From: Eledone cirrhosa
Taxonomy: Eukaryota
Direction of reading: 5' to 3'
Assembly (NCBI GenBank): GCA_964016885.1
Contig: CAXHJY010000381.1
Location: 1 to 64,000 of the forward strand
Length of the DNA stretch: 64,000 nucleotides
Positions 47,601 through 62,000 of this stretch are shown piece after piece. Each line of letters opens with the position of its first letter. Within the stretch, counting starts at the first letter, position 1. A program made the position numbers and the translations under genes. The notes under the pieces were generated by a model. That model saw nothing but the letters and a program-made list of their open reading frames with translations, was not told where the DNA came from and ran no database searches.

Positions 47601-50600
47601 TCTATATTAGTAACATGACAAAGTCTATATTAGTAACATGACAAAGTCTATATTAGTAACATGACAAAGTCTATATTAGTAACATGACAAAGTCTATATT
47701 AGTAGCATGACAAAGTCTGTATTAGTAACATGACAAAGTCTATATTAGTAACATGACAAAGTCTATATTAGTAAAATGACAAAGTCTATATTAGTAACAT
47801 GACAAAGTCTTTATTAGTAACATGACAAAGTCTATATTAGTAACATGACACAGTCTATATTAGTAACATGACAAGGTCTATATTAGTAGCATGACAAAGT
47901 CTATATTAGTAACATGACAAAGTCTATATTAGTAACATAACAAAGTCTATATTAGTAACATGACAAAGTCTATATTAGTAACATGACAAAGTCTATATTA
48001 ATAACATGACAAAGTCTATATTAGTAACATGACACAGTCTATATTAGTAACATGACAGTCTATATTAGTAACATGACAGTCTACATTAGTAACATGACAC
48101 AGTCTATATTAGTAACATGACACAGTCTATATTAGTAACATGACACAGTCTATATTAGTAACATGACAGTCTATATTAGTAACATGACAGTCTACATTAG
48201 TAACATGACACAGTCTATATTAGTAACATGACAAAGTCGATATTAGTAACATGACAATGTCTATATTAGTAACATGACAAAGTCTATATTAGTAAAATGA
48301 CAAAGTCTATATTAGTAACATGACAAAGTCTTTATTAGTAACATGACACAGTCTATATTAGTAACATGACACAGTCTATATTAGTAACATGACAAAGTCT
48401 ATATTAGTAACATGACACAGTCTATATTAGTAACATGACACAGTCTATATTAGTAACATGACAAAGTCTATATTAGTATCATGACAAAGTCTATATTAGT
48501 AACATGACAAAGTCTATATTAGTAACATGACAAAGTCTATATTAGTAGCATGACAAAGTCTGTATTAGTAACATGACAAGGTCAATATTAGTAACATGAC
48601 AAAGTCTATATTAGTAACATGACAAAGTCTATATTAGTAACATGACACAGTCTATATTAGTAACATGACACAGTCTATATTAGTAACATGACAAAGTCTA
48701 TATTAGTAACATGACACAGTCTATATTAGTAACATGACAAAGTCTATATTAGTAGCATGACAAAGTCTATATTAGTAACATGACAAAGTCTATATTAGTA
48801 ACATGACAAAGTCTATATTAGTAACATGACAAAGTCTATATTAGTAACATGACAAAGTCTATATTAGTAACATGACAAAGTCTATATTAGTAACATGACA
48901 CAGTCTATATTAGTAACATGACAGTCTATATTAGTAACATGACAGTCTACATTAGTAACATGACACAGTCTATATTAGTAACATGACAAAGTCGATATTA
49001 GTAACATGAAAATGTCTATATTAGTAACATGACAAAGTCTATATTAGTAACATGACACAGTCTATATTACTAACATGACACAGCCTATATTAGTAACATG
49101 ACACAGTCTATATTAGTAACATGACAAAGTCTATATTAGTAACATGACAAAGTCTATATTAGTAACATGACAAAGTCTATATTAGTAACATGACACAGTC
49201 TATATTAGTAACATGACACAGTCTATATTAGTAGCATGACACAGTCCATATTAGTAACATGATACAGTCTATATTAGTAACATGACAAAGTCTATATTAG
49301 TAACATGACAAAGTCTATATTAGTAAAATGACAAAGTCTATATTAGTAACATGACAAAGTCTTTATTAGTAACATGACACAGTCTATATTAGTAACATGA
49401 CACAGTCTATATTAGTAACATGACAAAGTCTATATTAGTAACATGACAAAGTCTATATTAGTAACATGACACAGTCTATATTAGTAACATGACACAGTCT
49501 ATATTAGTAACATGACAAAGTCTATATTAGTAACATGACAAAATCTATATTAGTAACATGACACAGTCTACATTAGTAACATGACAAAGTCTATATTAGT
49601 AACATGACACAGTCTATATTAGTAACATGAGACAGTCTATATTAGTAACATGACAAAGTCTATATTAGTAACATGACAAAGTCTATATTAGTAAAATGAC
49701 AAAGTCTATATTAGTAACATGACAAAGTCTTTATTAGTAACATGACACAGTCTATATTAGTAACATGACACAGTCTATATTAGTAACATGACAAAGTCTA
49801 TATTAGTAACATGACACAGTCTATATTAGTAACATGACACAGTCTATATTAGTAACATGACAAAGTCTATATTAGTAACATGACAAAGTCTATATTAGTA
49901 ACATGACAAAGTCTATATTAGTAACATGACAAAGTCTATATTAGTAGCATGACAAAGTCTGTATTAGTAACATGACAAAGTCTATATTAGTAACATGACA
50001 AAGTCTATATTAGTAAAATGACAAAGTCTATATTAGTAACATGACAAAGTCTTTATTAGTAACATGACAAAGTCTATATTAGTAACATGACACAGTCTAT
50101 ATTAGTAACATGACAAGGTCTATATTAGTAGCATGACAAAGTCTATATTAGTAACATGACAAAGTCTATATTAGTAACATAACAAAGTCTATATTAGTAA
50201 CATGACAAAGTCTATATTAGTAACATGACAAAGTCTATATTAGTAACATGACAAAGTCTATATTAGTAACATGACACAGTCTATATTAGTAACATGACAG
50301 TCTATATTAGTAACATGACAGTCTACATTAGTAACATGACACAGTCTATATTAGTAACATGACACAGTCTATATTAGTAACATGACACAGTCTATATTAG
50401 TAACATGACAGTCTATATTAGTAACATGACAGTCTACATTAGTAACATGACACAGTCTATATTAGTAACATGACAAAGTCGATATTAGTAACATGACAAT
50501 GTCTATATTAGTAACATGACAAAGTCTATATTAGTAAAATGACAAAGTCTATATTAGTAACATGACAAAGTCTTTATTAGTAACATGACACAGTCTATAT

Positions 50601-53600
50601 TAGTAACATGACACAGTCTATATTAGTAACATGACAAAGTCTATATTAGTAACATGACACAGTCTATATTAGTAACATGACACAGTCTATATTAGTAACA
50701 TGACAAAGTCTATATTAGTATCATGACAAAGTCTATATTAGTAACATGACAAAGTCTATATTAGTAACATGACAAAGTCTATATTAGTAGCATGACAAAG
50801 TCTGTATTAGTAACATGACAAGGTCAATATTAGTAACATGACAAAGTCTATATTAGTAACATGACAAAGTCTATATTAGTAACATGACACAGTCTATATT
50901 AGTAACATGACAAAGTCTATATTAGTAGCATGACAAAGTCTATATTAGTAACATGACAAAGTCTATATTAGTAACATGACAAAGTCTATATTAGTAACAT
51001 GACAAAGTCTATATTAGTAACATGACAAAGTCTATATTAGTAACATGACAAAGTCTATATTAGTAACATGACACAGTCTATATTAGTAACATGACAGTCT
51101 ATATTAGTAACATGACAGTCTACATTAGTAACATGACACAGTCTATATTAGTAACATGACGAAGTCGATATTAGTAACATGACAATGTCTATATTAGTAA
51201 CATGACAAAGTCTATATTAGTAACATGACACAGTCTATATTACTAACATGACACAGCCTATATTAGTAACATGACACAGTCTATATTAGTAACATGACAA
51301 AGTCTATATTAGTAACATGACAAAGTCTATATTAGTAACATGACAAAGTCTATATTAGTAAAATGACACAGTCTATATTAGTAACATGACACAGTCTATA
51401 TTAGTAGCATGACACAGTCCATATTAGTAACATGATACAGTCTATATTAGTAACATGACAAAGTCTATATTAGTAACATGACAAAGTCTATATTAGTAAA
51501 ATGACAAAGTCTATATTAGTAACATGACAAAGTCTTTATTAGTAACATGACACAGTCTATATTAGTAACATGACACAGTCTATATTAGTAACATGACAAA
51601 GTCTATATTAGTAACATGACAAAGTCTATATTAGTAACATGACACAGTCTAAATTAGTAACATGACACAGTCTATATTAGTAACATGACAAAGTCTATAT
51701 TAGTAACATGACAAAATCTATATTAGTAACATGACACAGTCTATATTAGTAACATGACACAGTCTATATTAGTAACATGACACAGTCTATATTAGTAACA
51801 TTAGACAGTCTATATTAGTAGCATGACAAAGTCTATATTAGTAACATGACACAGTCTACATTAGTAACATGACAAAGTCTATATTAGTAACATGACACAG
51901 TCTATATTAGTAACATGAGACAGTCTATATTAGTAACATGACAAAGTCTATATTAGTAACATGACAAAGTCTATATTAGTAACATGACAAAGTCTATATT
52001 AGTAAAATGACAAAGTCTATATTAGTAACATGACAAAGTCTTTATTAGTAACATGACACAGTCTATATTAGTAACATGACACAGTCTATATTAGTAACAT
52101 GACAAAGTCTATATTAGTAACATGACACAGTCTATATTAGTAACATGACACAGTCTATATTAGTAACATGACAAAGTCTATATTAGTAACATGACAAAGT
52201 CTATATTAGTAACATGACAAAGTCTATATTAGTAACATGACAAAGTCTATATTAGTAAAATGACACAGTCTATATTAGTAACATGACAAAGTCTATATTA
52301 GTAACATGACACAGTCTATATTAGTAACATGACACAGTCTATATTAGTAGCATGACACAGTCTATATTAGTAACATGATACGATCTATATTAGTAACATG
52401 ACAAAGTCTATATTAGTAACATGACAAAGTCTATATTAGTAACATGACAAAGTCTATATTAGTAACATGACACAGTCTATATTAGTAACATGACACAGTC
52501 TATATTAGTAACATGACAAAGTCTATATTAGTAACATGACACAGTCTATATTAGTAACATGACACAGTCTATATTAGTAGCATGACACAGTCTATATTAG
52601 TAACATGATACAGTCTATATTAGTAACATGACAAAGTCTATATTAGTAACATGACAAAGTCTATATTAGTAAAATGACAAAGTCTATATTAGTAACATGA
52701 CAAAGTCTTTATTAGTAACATGACACAGTCTATATTAGTAACATGACACAGTCTATATTAGTAACATGACAAAGTCTATATTAGTAACATGACAAAGTCT
52801 ATATTAGTAACATGACACAGTCTATATTAGTAACATCACACAGTCTATATTAGTAACATGACAAAGTCTATATTAGTAACATGACAAAGTCTATATTAGT
52901 AACATGACACAGTCTATATTAGTAACATGACACAGTCTATATTAGTAACATGACACAGTCTATATTAGTAACATGAGACAGTCTATATTAGTAGCATGAC
53001 AAAGTCTATATTAGTAACATGACACAGTCTACATTAGTAACATGACAAAGTCTATATTAGTAACATGACACAGTCTATATTAGTAACATGAGACTGTCTA
53101 TATTAGTAACATGACTAAGTCTATATTAGTAACATGACACAGTCTATATTAGTAACATGACACAGTCTATATTAGTAACATGACAAAGTCTATATTAGTA
53201 ACATGACAAAGTTTATATTAGTAACATGACAAAGTCTATATTAGTAACATGACACAGTCTATATTAGTAACATGACGAAGTCTATATTAGTAACATGACA
53301 CAGTCTATATTAGTAACATGACACAGTCTATATTAGTAACATGACAAAGTCTATATTAGTAACATGACACAGTCTATATTAGTAAAATGACAAAGTCTAT
53401 ATTAGTAACATGACAAAGTCTTTATTACTAACATGACACAGTCTATATTAGTAACATGACACAGTCTATATTAGTAACATGACAAAGTCTATATTAGTAA
53501 CATGACACAGTCTATATTAGTAACATGACACAGTCTATATTAGTAACATGACAAAGTCTATATTAGTAACATGACAAAGTCTATATTAGTAACATGACAA

Positions 53601-56600
53601 AGTCTATATTAGTAACATGACAAAGTCTATATTAGTAGCATGACAAAGTCTGTATTAGTAACATGACAAGGTCAATATTAGTAACATGACAAAGTCTATA
53701 TTAGTAACATGACAAAGTCTATATTAGTAACATGACACAGTCTATATTAGTAACATGACAAAGTCTATATTAGTAGCATGACAAAGTCTATATTAGTAAC
53801 ATGACAAAGTCTATATTAGTAACATGACAAAGTCTATATTAGTAACATGACAAAGTCTATATTAGTAACATGACAAAGTCTATATTAGTAACATGACAAA
53901 GTCTATATTAGTAACATGACACAGTCTATATTAGTAACATGACAGTCTATATTAGTAACATGACAGTCTACATTAGTAACATGACACAGTCTATATTAGT
54001 AACATGACAAAGTCGATATTAGTAACATGACAATGTCTATATTAGTAACATGACAAAGTCTATATTAGTAACATGACACAGTCTATATTACTAACATGAC
54101 ACAGCCTATATTAGTAACATGACACAGTCTATATTAGTAACATGACAAAGTCTATATTAGTAACATGACACAGTCTATATTAGTAACATGACACAGTCTA
54201 TATTAGTAGCATGACACAGTCTATATTAGTAACATGATACAGTCTATATTAGTAACATGACAAAGTCTATATTAGTAACATGACAAAGTCTATATTAGTA
54301 ACATGACAAAGTCTATATTAGTAACATGACACAGTCTATATTAGTAACATGACACAGTCTATATTAGTAACATGACAAAGTCTATATTAGTAACATGACA
54401 CAGTCTATATTAGTAACATGACACAGTCTATATTAGTAGCATGACAAAGTCTTTATTAGTAACATGACACAGTCTATATTAGTAACATGACACAGTCTAT
54501 ATTAGTAACATGACAAAGTCTATATTAGTAACATGACAAAGTCTATATTAGTAACATGACACAGTCTATATTAGTAACATGACACAGTCTATATTAGTAA
54601 CATGACAAAGTCTATATTAGTAACATGACAAAATCTATATTAGTAACATGACACAGTCTATATTAGTAACATGACACAGTCTATATTAGTAACATGACAC
54701 AGTCTATATTAGTAACATTAGACAGTCTATATTAGTAGCATGACAAAGTCTATATTAGTAACATGACACAGTCTACATTAGTAACATGACAAAGTCTATA
54801 TTAGTAACATGACACAGTCTATATTAGTAACATGAGACAGTCTATATTAGTAACATGACAAAGTCTATATTAGTAACATGACAAAGTCTATATTAGTAAA
54901 ATGACAAAGTCTATATTAGTAACATGACAAAGTCTTTATTAGTAACATGACACAGTCTATATTAGTAACATGACAAAGTCTATATTAGTAACATTACACA
55001 GTCTATATTAGTAACATGACACAGTCTATATTAGTAACATGACAAAGTCTATATTAGTAACATGACAAAGTCTATATTAGTAACATGACAAAGTCTATAT
55101 TAGTAACATGACAAAGTCTATATTAGTAGCATGACAAAGTATGTATTAGTAACATGACAAAGTCTATATTAGTAACATGACAAAGTCTATATTAGTAACA
55201 TGACAAAGTCTATATTAGTAACATGACACAGTCTATATTAGTAACATGACAAGGTCTATATTAGTAGCATGACAAAGTCTATATTAGTAACATGACAAAG
55301 TCTATATTAGTAACATAACAAAGTCTATATTAGTAACATGACAAAGTCTATATTAGTAACATGACAAAGTCTATATTAGTAACATGACAAAGTCTATATT
55401 AGTAACATGACACAGTCTATATTAGTAACATGACAGTCTATATTAGTAACATGACAGTCTACATTAGTAACATGACACAGTCTATATTAGTAACATGACA
55501 CAGTCTATATTAGTAACATGACACTGTCTATATTAGTAACATGACAGTCTATATTAGTAACATGACAGTCGACATTAGTAACATGACACAGTCTATATTA
55601 GTAACATGACAAAGTCGATATTAGTAACATGACAATGTCTATATTAGTAACATGACAAAGTCTATATTAGTAACATGACACAGTCTATATTACTAACATG
55701 AGACAGCCTATATTAGTAACATGACACAGTCTATATTAGTAACATAACAAAGTCTATATTAGTAACATGACAAAGTCTATATTAGTAACATGACAAAGTC
55801 TATATCAGTAACATGACACAGTCTATATTAGTAACATGACACAGTCTATATTAGTAGCATGACACAGTCCATATTAGTAACATGATACAGTCTATATTAG
55901 TAACATGACAAAGTCTATATTAGTAACATGACAAAGTCTATATTAGTAAAATGACAAAGTCTATATTAGTAACATGACAAAGTGTTTATTAGTAACATGA
56001 CACAGTCTATATTAGTAACATGACAAAGTCTATATTAGTAACATGACAAAGTCTATATTAGTAACATGACAAAGTCTATATTAGTAACATGACACAGTCT
56101 ATATTAGTAACATGACAGTCTATATTAGTAACATGACAGTCTACATTAGTAACATGACACAGTCTATATTAGTAACATGACACAGTCTATATTAGTAACA
56201 TGACACAGTCTATATTAGTAACATGACAGTCTATATTAGTAACATGACAGTCTACATTAGTAACATGACACAGTCTATATTAGTAACATGACAAAGTCGA
56301 TATTAGTAACATGACAATGTCTATATTAGTAACATGACAAAGTCTATATTAGTAAAATGACAAAGTCTATATTAGTAACATGACAAAGTCTTTATTAGTA
56401 ACATGACACAGTCTATATTAGTAACATGACACAGTCTATATTAGTAACATGACAAAGTCTATATTAGTAACATGACACAGTCTATATTAGTAACATGACA
56501 CAGTCTATATTAGTAACATGACAAAGTCTATATTAGTAACATGACAAAGTCTATATTAGTAACATGACAAAGTCTATATTAGTAACATGACAAAGTCTAT

Positions 56601-59000
56601 ATTAGTAGCATGACAAAGTCTGTATTAGTAACATGACAAGGTCAATATTAGTAACATGACAAAGTCTATATTAGTAACATGACAAAGTCTATATTAGTAA
56701 CATGACACAGTCTATATTAGTAACATGACAAAGTCTATATTAGTAGCATGACAAAGTCTATATTAGTAACATGACAAAGTCTATATTAGTAACATGACAA
56801 AGTCTATATTAGTAACATGACAAAGTCTATATTAGTAACATGACAAAGTCTATATTAGTAACATGACAAAGTCTATATTAGTAACATGACACAGTCTATA
56901 TTAGTAACATGACAGTCTATATTAGTAACATGACAGTCTACATTAGTAACATGACACAGTCTATATTAGTAACATGACGAAGTCGATATTAGTAACATGA
57001 CAATGTCTATATTAGTAACATGACACAGTCTATATTAGTAACATGACAAAGTCTATATTACTAACATGACAAAGTCTATATTAGTAACATGACAAAGTCT
57101 ATATTAGTAAAATGACACAGTCTATATTAGTAACATGACACAGTCTATATTAGTAGCATGACACAGTCCATATTAGTAACATGATACAGTCTATATTAGT
57201 AACATGACAAAGTCTATATTAGTAACATGACAAAGTCTATATTAGTAAAATGACAAAGTCTATATTAGTAACATGACAAAGTCTTTATTAGTAACATGAC
57301 ACAGTCTATATTAGTAACATGACACAGTCTATATTAGTAACATGACAAAGTCTATATTAGTAACATGACAAAGTCTATATTAGTAACATGACACAGTCTA
57401 TATTAGTAACATGACAAAGTCTATATTAGTAACATGACAAAATCTATATTAGTAACATGACACAGTCTATATTAGTAACATGACACAGTCTATATTAGTA
57501 ACATGACACAGTCTATATTAGTAACATTAGACAGTCTATATTAGTAGCATGACAAAGTCTATATTAGTAACATGACACAGTCTACATTAGTAACATGACA
57601 AAGTCTATATTAGTAACATGACACAGTCTATATTAGTAACATGAGACAGTCTATATTAGTAACATGACAAAGTCTATATTAGTAACATGACAAAGTCTAT
57701 ATTAGTAACATGACAAAGTCTATATTAGTAACATGACAAAGTCTATATTAGTAAAATGACACAGTCTATATTAGTAACATGACAAAGTCTATATTAGTAA
57801 CATGACACAGTCTATATTAGTAACATGACACAGTCTATATTAGTAGCATGACACAGTCTATATTAGTAACATGATACAGTCTATATTAGTAACATGACAA
57901 AGTCTATATTAGTAACATGACAAAGTCTATATTAGTAACATGACAAAGTCTATATTAGTAACATGACACAGTCTATATTAGTAACATGACACAGTCTATA
58001 TTAGTAACATGACAAAGTCTATATTAGTAACATGACACAGTCTATATTAGTAACATGACACAGTCTATATTAGTAGCATGACACAGTCTATATTAGTAAC
58101 ATGATACAGTCTATATTAGTAACATGACAAAGTCTATATTAGTAACATGACAAAGTCTATATTAGTAAAATGACAAAGTCTATATTAGTAACATGACAAA
58201 GTCTTTATTAGTAACATGACACAGTCTATATTAGTAACATGACACAGTCTATATTAGTAACATGACAAAGTCTATATTAGTAACATGACAAAGTCTATAT
58301 TAGTAACATGACACAGTCTATATTAGTAACATCACACAGTCTATATTAGTAACATGACAAAGTCTATATTAGTAACATGACAAAGTCTATATTAGTAACA
58401 TGACACAGTCTATATTAGTAACATGACACAGTCTATATTAGTAACATGACACAGTCTATATTAGTAACATGAGACAGTCCATATTAGTAGCATGACAAAG
58501 TCTATATTAGTAACATGACACAGTCTACATTAGTAACATGACAAAGTCTATATTAGTAACATGACACAGTCTATATTAGTAACATGAGACAGTCTATATT
58601 AGTAACATGACTAAGTCTATATTAGTAACATGACACAGTCTATATTAGTAACATGACACAGTCTATATTAGTAACATGACAAAGTCTATATTAGTAACAT
58701 GACAAAGTCTATATTAGTAACATGACAAAGTCTATATTAGTAACATGACGCAGTCTATATTAGTAACATGACGAAGTCTATATTAGTAACATGACACAGT
58801 CTATATTAGTAACATGACACAGTCTATATTAGTAACATGACAAAGTCTATATTAGTAACATGACACAGTCTATATTAGTAAAATGACAAAGTCTATATTA
58901 GTAACATGACAAAGTCTTTATTACTAACATGACACAGTCTATATTAGTAACATGACACAGTCTATATTAGTAACATGACAAAGTCTATATTAGTAACATG
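37500..59000. repeat. Large, older duplication with offset about 12.5-12.9 kb, interrupted by block indels
   Basis: Offset 12504: TATCATG at 38215/50719, TAAGTC at 40612/53116, AAA-GTTT unit at 40707/53211, AAGGTCAAT at 41164/53668. Offset 12849: TATATCAG at 42952/55801. Offset 12598: TAAGTC at 46014/58612. Confidence 0.75.
46400..50880. repeat. Higher-order tandem duplication, period 2242 bp
   Basis: ATGAAAATGTC at 46764/49006; TATCATG at 48477/50719; AAGGTCAAT at 48578/50820. Confidence 0.85.
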
Positions 59001-62000
59001 ACACAGTCTATATTAGTAACATGACACAGTCTATATTAGTAACATGACAAAGTCTATATTAGTAACATGACAAAGTCTATATTAGTAACATGACAAAGTC
59101 TATATTAGTAACATGACAAAGTCTATATTAGTAGCATGACAAAGTCTGTATTAGTAACATGACAAGGTCAATATTAGTAACATGACAAAGTCTATATTAG
59201 TAACATGACAAAGTCTATATTAGTAACATGACACAGTCTATATTAGTAACATGACAAAGTCTATATTAGTAGCATGACAAAGTCTATATTAGTAACATGA
59301 CAAAGTCTATATTAGTAACATGACAAAGTCTATATTAGTAACATGACAAAGTCTATATTAGTAACATGACAAAGTCTATATTAGTAACATGACAAAGTCT
59401 ATATTAGTAACATGACACAGTCTATATTAGTAACATGACAGTCTATATTAGTAACATGACAGTCTACATTAGTAACATGACACAGTCTATATTAGTAACA
59501 TGACAAAGTCGATATTAGTAACATGAAAATGTCTATATTAGTAACATGACAAAGTCTATATTAGTAACATGACACAGTCTATATTACTAACATGACACAG
59601 CCTATATTAGTAACATGACACAGTCTATATTAGTAACATGACAAAGTCTATATTAGTAACATGACAAAGTCTATATTAGTAACATGACAAAGTCTATATT
59701 AGTAACATGACACAGTCTATATTAGTAACATGACACAGTCTATATTAGTAGCATGACACAGTCCATATTAGTAACATGATACAGTCTATATTAGTAACAT
59801 GACAAAGTCTATATTAGTAACATGACAAAGTCTATATTAGTAAAATGACAAAGTCTATATTAGTAACATGACAAAGTCTTTATTAGTAACATGACACAGT
59901 CTATATTAGTAACATGACACAGTCTATATTAGTAACATGACAAAGTCTATATTAGTAACATGACAAAGTCTATATTAGTAACATGACACAGTCTATATTA
60001 GTAACATGACACAGTCTATATTAGTAACATGACAAAGTCTATATTTTAACATGACAAAATCTATATTAGTAACATGACACAGTCTACATTAGTAACATGA
60101 CAAAGTCTATATTAGTAACATGACACAGTCTATATTAGTAACATGAGACAGTCTATATTAGTAACATGACAAAGTCTATATTAGTAACATGACAAAGTCT
60201 ATATTAGTAAAATGACAAAGTCTATATTAGTAACATGACAAAGTCTTTATTAGTAACATGACACAGTCTATATTAGTAACATGACACAGTCTATATTAGT
60301 AACATGACAAAGTCTATATTAGTAACATGACACAGTCTATATTAGTAACATGACACAGTCTATATTAGTAACATGACAAAGTCTATATTAGTAACATGAC
60401 AAAGTCTATATTAGTAACATGACAAAGTCTATATTAGTAACATGACAAAGTCTATATTAGTAGCATGACAAAGTCTGTATTAGTAACATGACAAAGTCTA
60501 TATTAGTAACATGACAAAGTCTATATTAGTAACATGACAAAGTCTATATTAGTAACATGACACAGTCTATATTAGTAACATGACAAGGTCTATATTAGTA
60601 GCATGACAAAGTCTATATTAGTAACATGACAAAGTCTATATTAGTAACATAACAAAGTCTATATTAGTAACATGACAAAGTCTATATTAGTAACATGACA
60701 AAGTCTATATTAGTAACATGACAAAGTCTATATTAGTAACATGACACAGTCTATATTAGTAACATGACAGTCTATATTAGTAACATGACAGTCTACATTA
60801 GTAACATGACACAGTCTATATTAGTAACATGACACAGTCTATATTAGTAACATGACACAGTCTATATTAGTAACATGACAGTCTATATTAGTAACATGAC
60901 AGTCTACATTAGTAACATGACACAGTCTATATTAGTAACATGACAAAGTCGATATTAGTAACATGACAATGTCTATATTAGTAACATGACAAAGTCTATA
61001 TTAGTAACATGACACAGTCTATATTACTAACATGAGACAGCCTATATTAGTAACATGACACAGTCTATATTAGTAACATAACAAAGTCTATATTAGTAAC
61101 ATGACAAAGTCTATATTAGTAACATGACAAAGTCTATATCAGTAACATGACACAGTCTATATTAGTAACATGACACAGTCTATATTAGTAGCATGACACA
61201 GTCCATATTAGTAACATGATACAGTCTATATTAGTAACATGACAAAGTCTATATTAGTAACATGACAAAGTCTATATTAGTAAAATGACAAAGTCTATAT
61301 TAGTAACATGACAAAGTGTTTATTAGTAACATGACACAGTCTATATTAGTAACATGACAAAGTCTATATTAGTAACATGACAAAGTCTATATTAGTAACA
61401 TGACACAGTCTATATTAGTAACATGACACAGTCTATATTAGTAACATGACAAAGTCTATATTAGTAACATGACAAAGTCTATATTAGTAACATGACACAG
61501 TCTATATTAGTAACATGACACAGTCTATATTAGTAACATGACACAGTCTATATTAGTAACATTAGACAGTCTATATTAGTAGCATGACAAAGTCTATATT
61601 AGTAACATGACAAAGTCTATATTAGTAAAATGACAAAGTCTATATTAGTAACATGACAAAGTCTTTATTAGTAACATGACACAGTCTATATTAGTAACAT
61701 GACACAGTCTATATTAGTAACATGACAAAGTCTATATTAGTAACATGACACAGTCTATATTAGTAACATGACACAGTCTATATTAGTAGCATGACACAGT
61801 CTATATTAGTAACATGATACAGTCTATATTAGTAACATGACAAAGTCTATATTAGTAACATGACAAAGTCTATATTAGTAAAATGACAAAGTCTATATTA
61901 GTAACATGACAAAGTCTTTATTAGTAACATGACACAGTCTATATTAGTAACATGACACAGTCTATATTAGTAACATGACAAAGTCTATATTAGTAACATG

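Noticed and set aside
39661-59640. Exact 18,000-bp offset between blocks (TAAGTC at 40612/58612; AAGGTCAAT at 41164/59164), suggesting an artificial join
   Set aside because: The copies differ at several sites (for example GAGACTGTC vs GAGACAGTC, and AAAGTTT vs AAAGTCT). The offset is the sum of natural ones (5402+12598), so the round number is probably coincidence.
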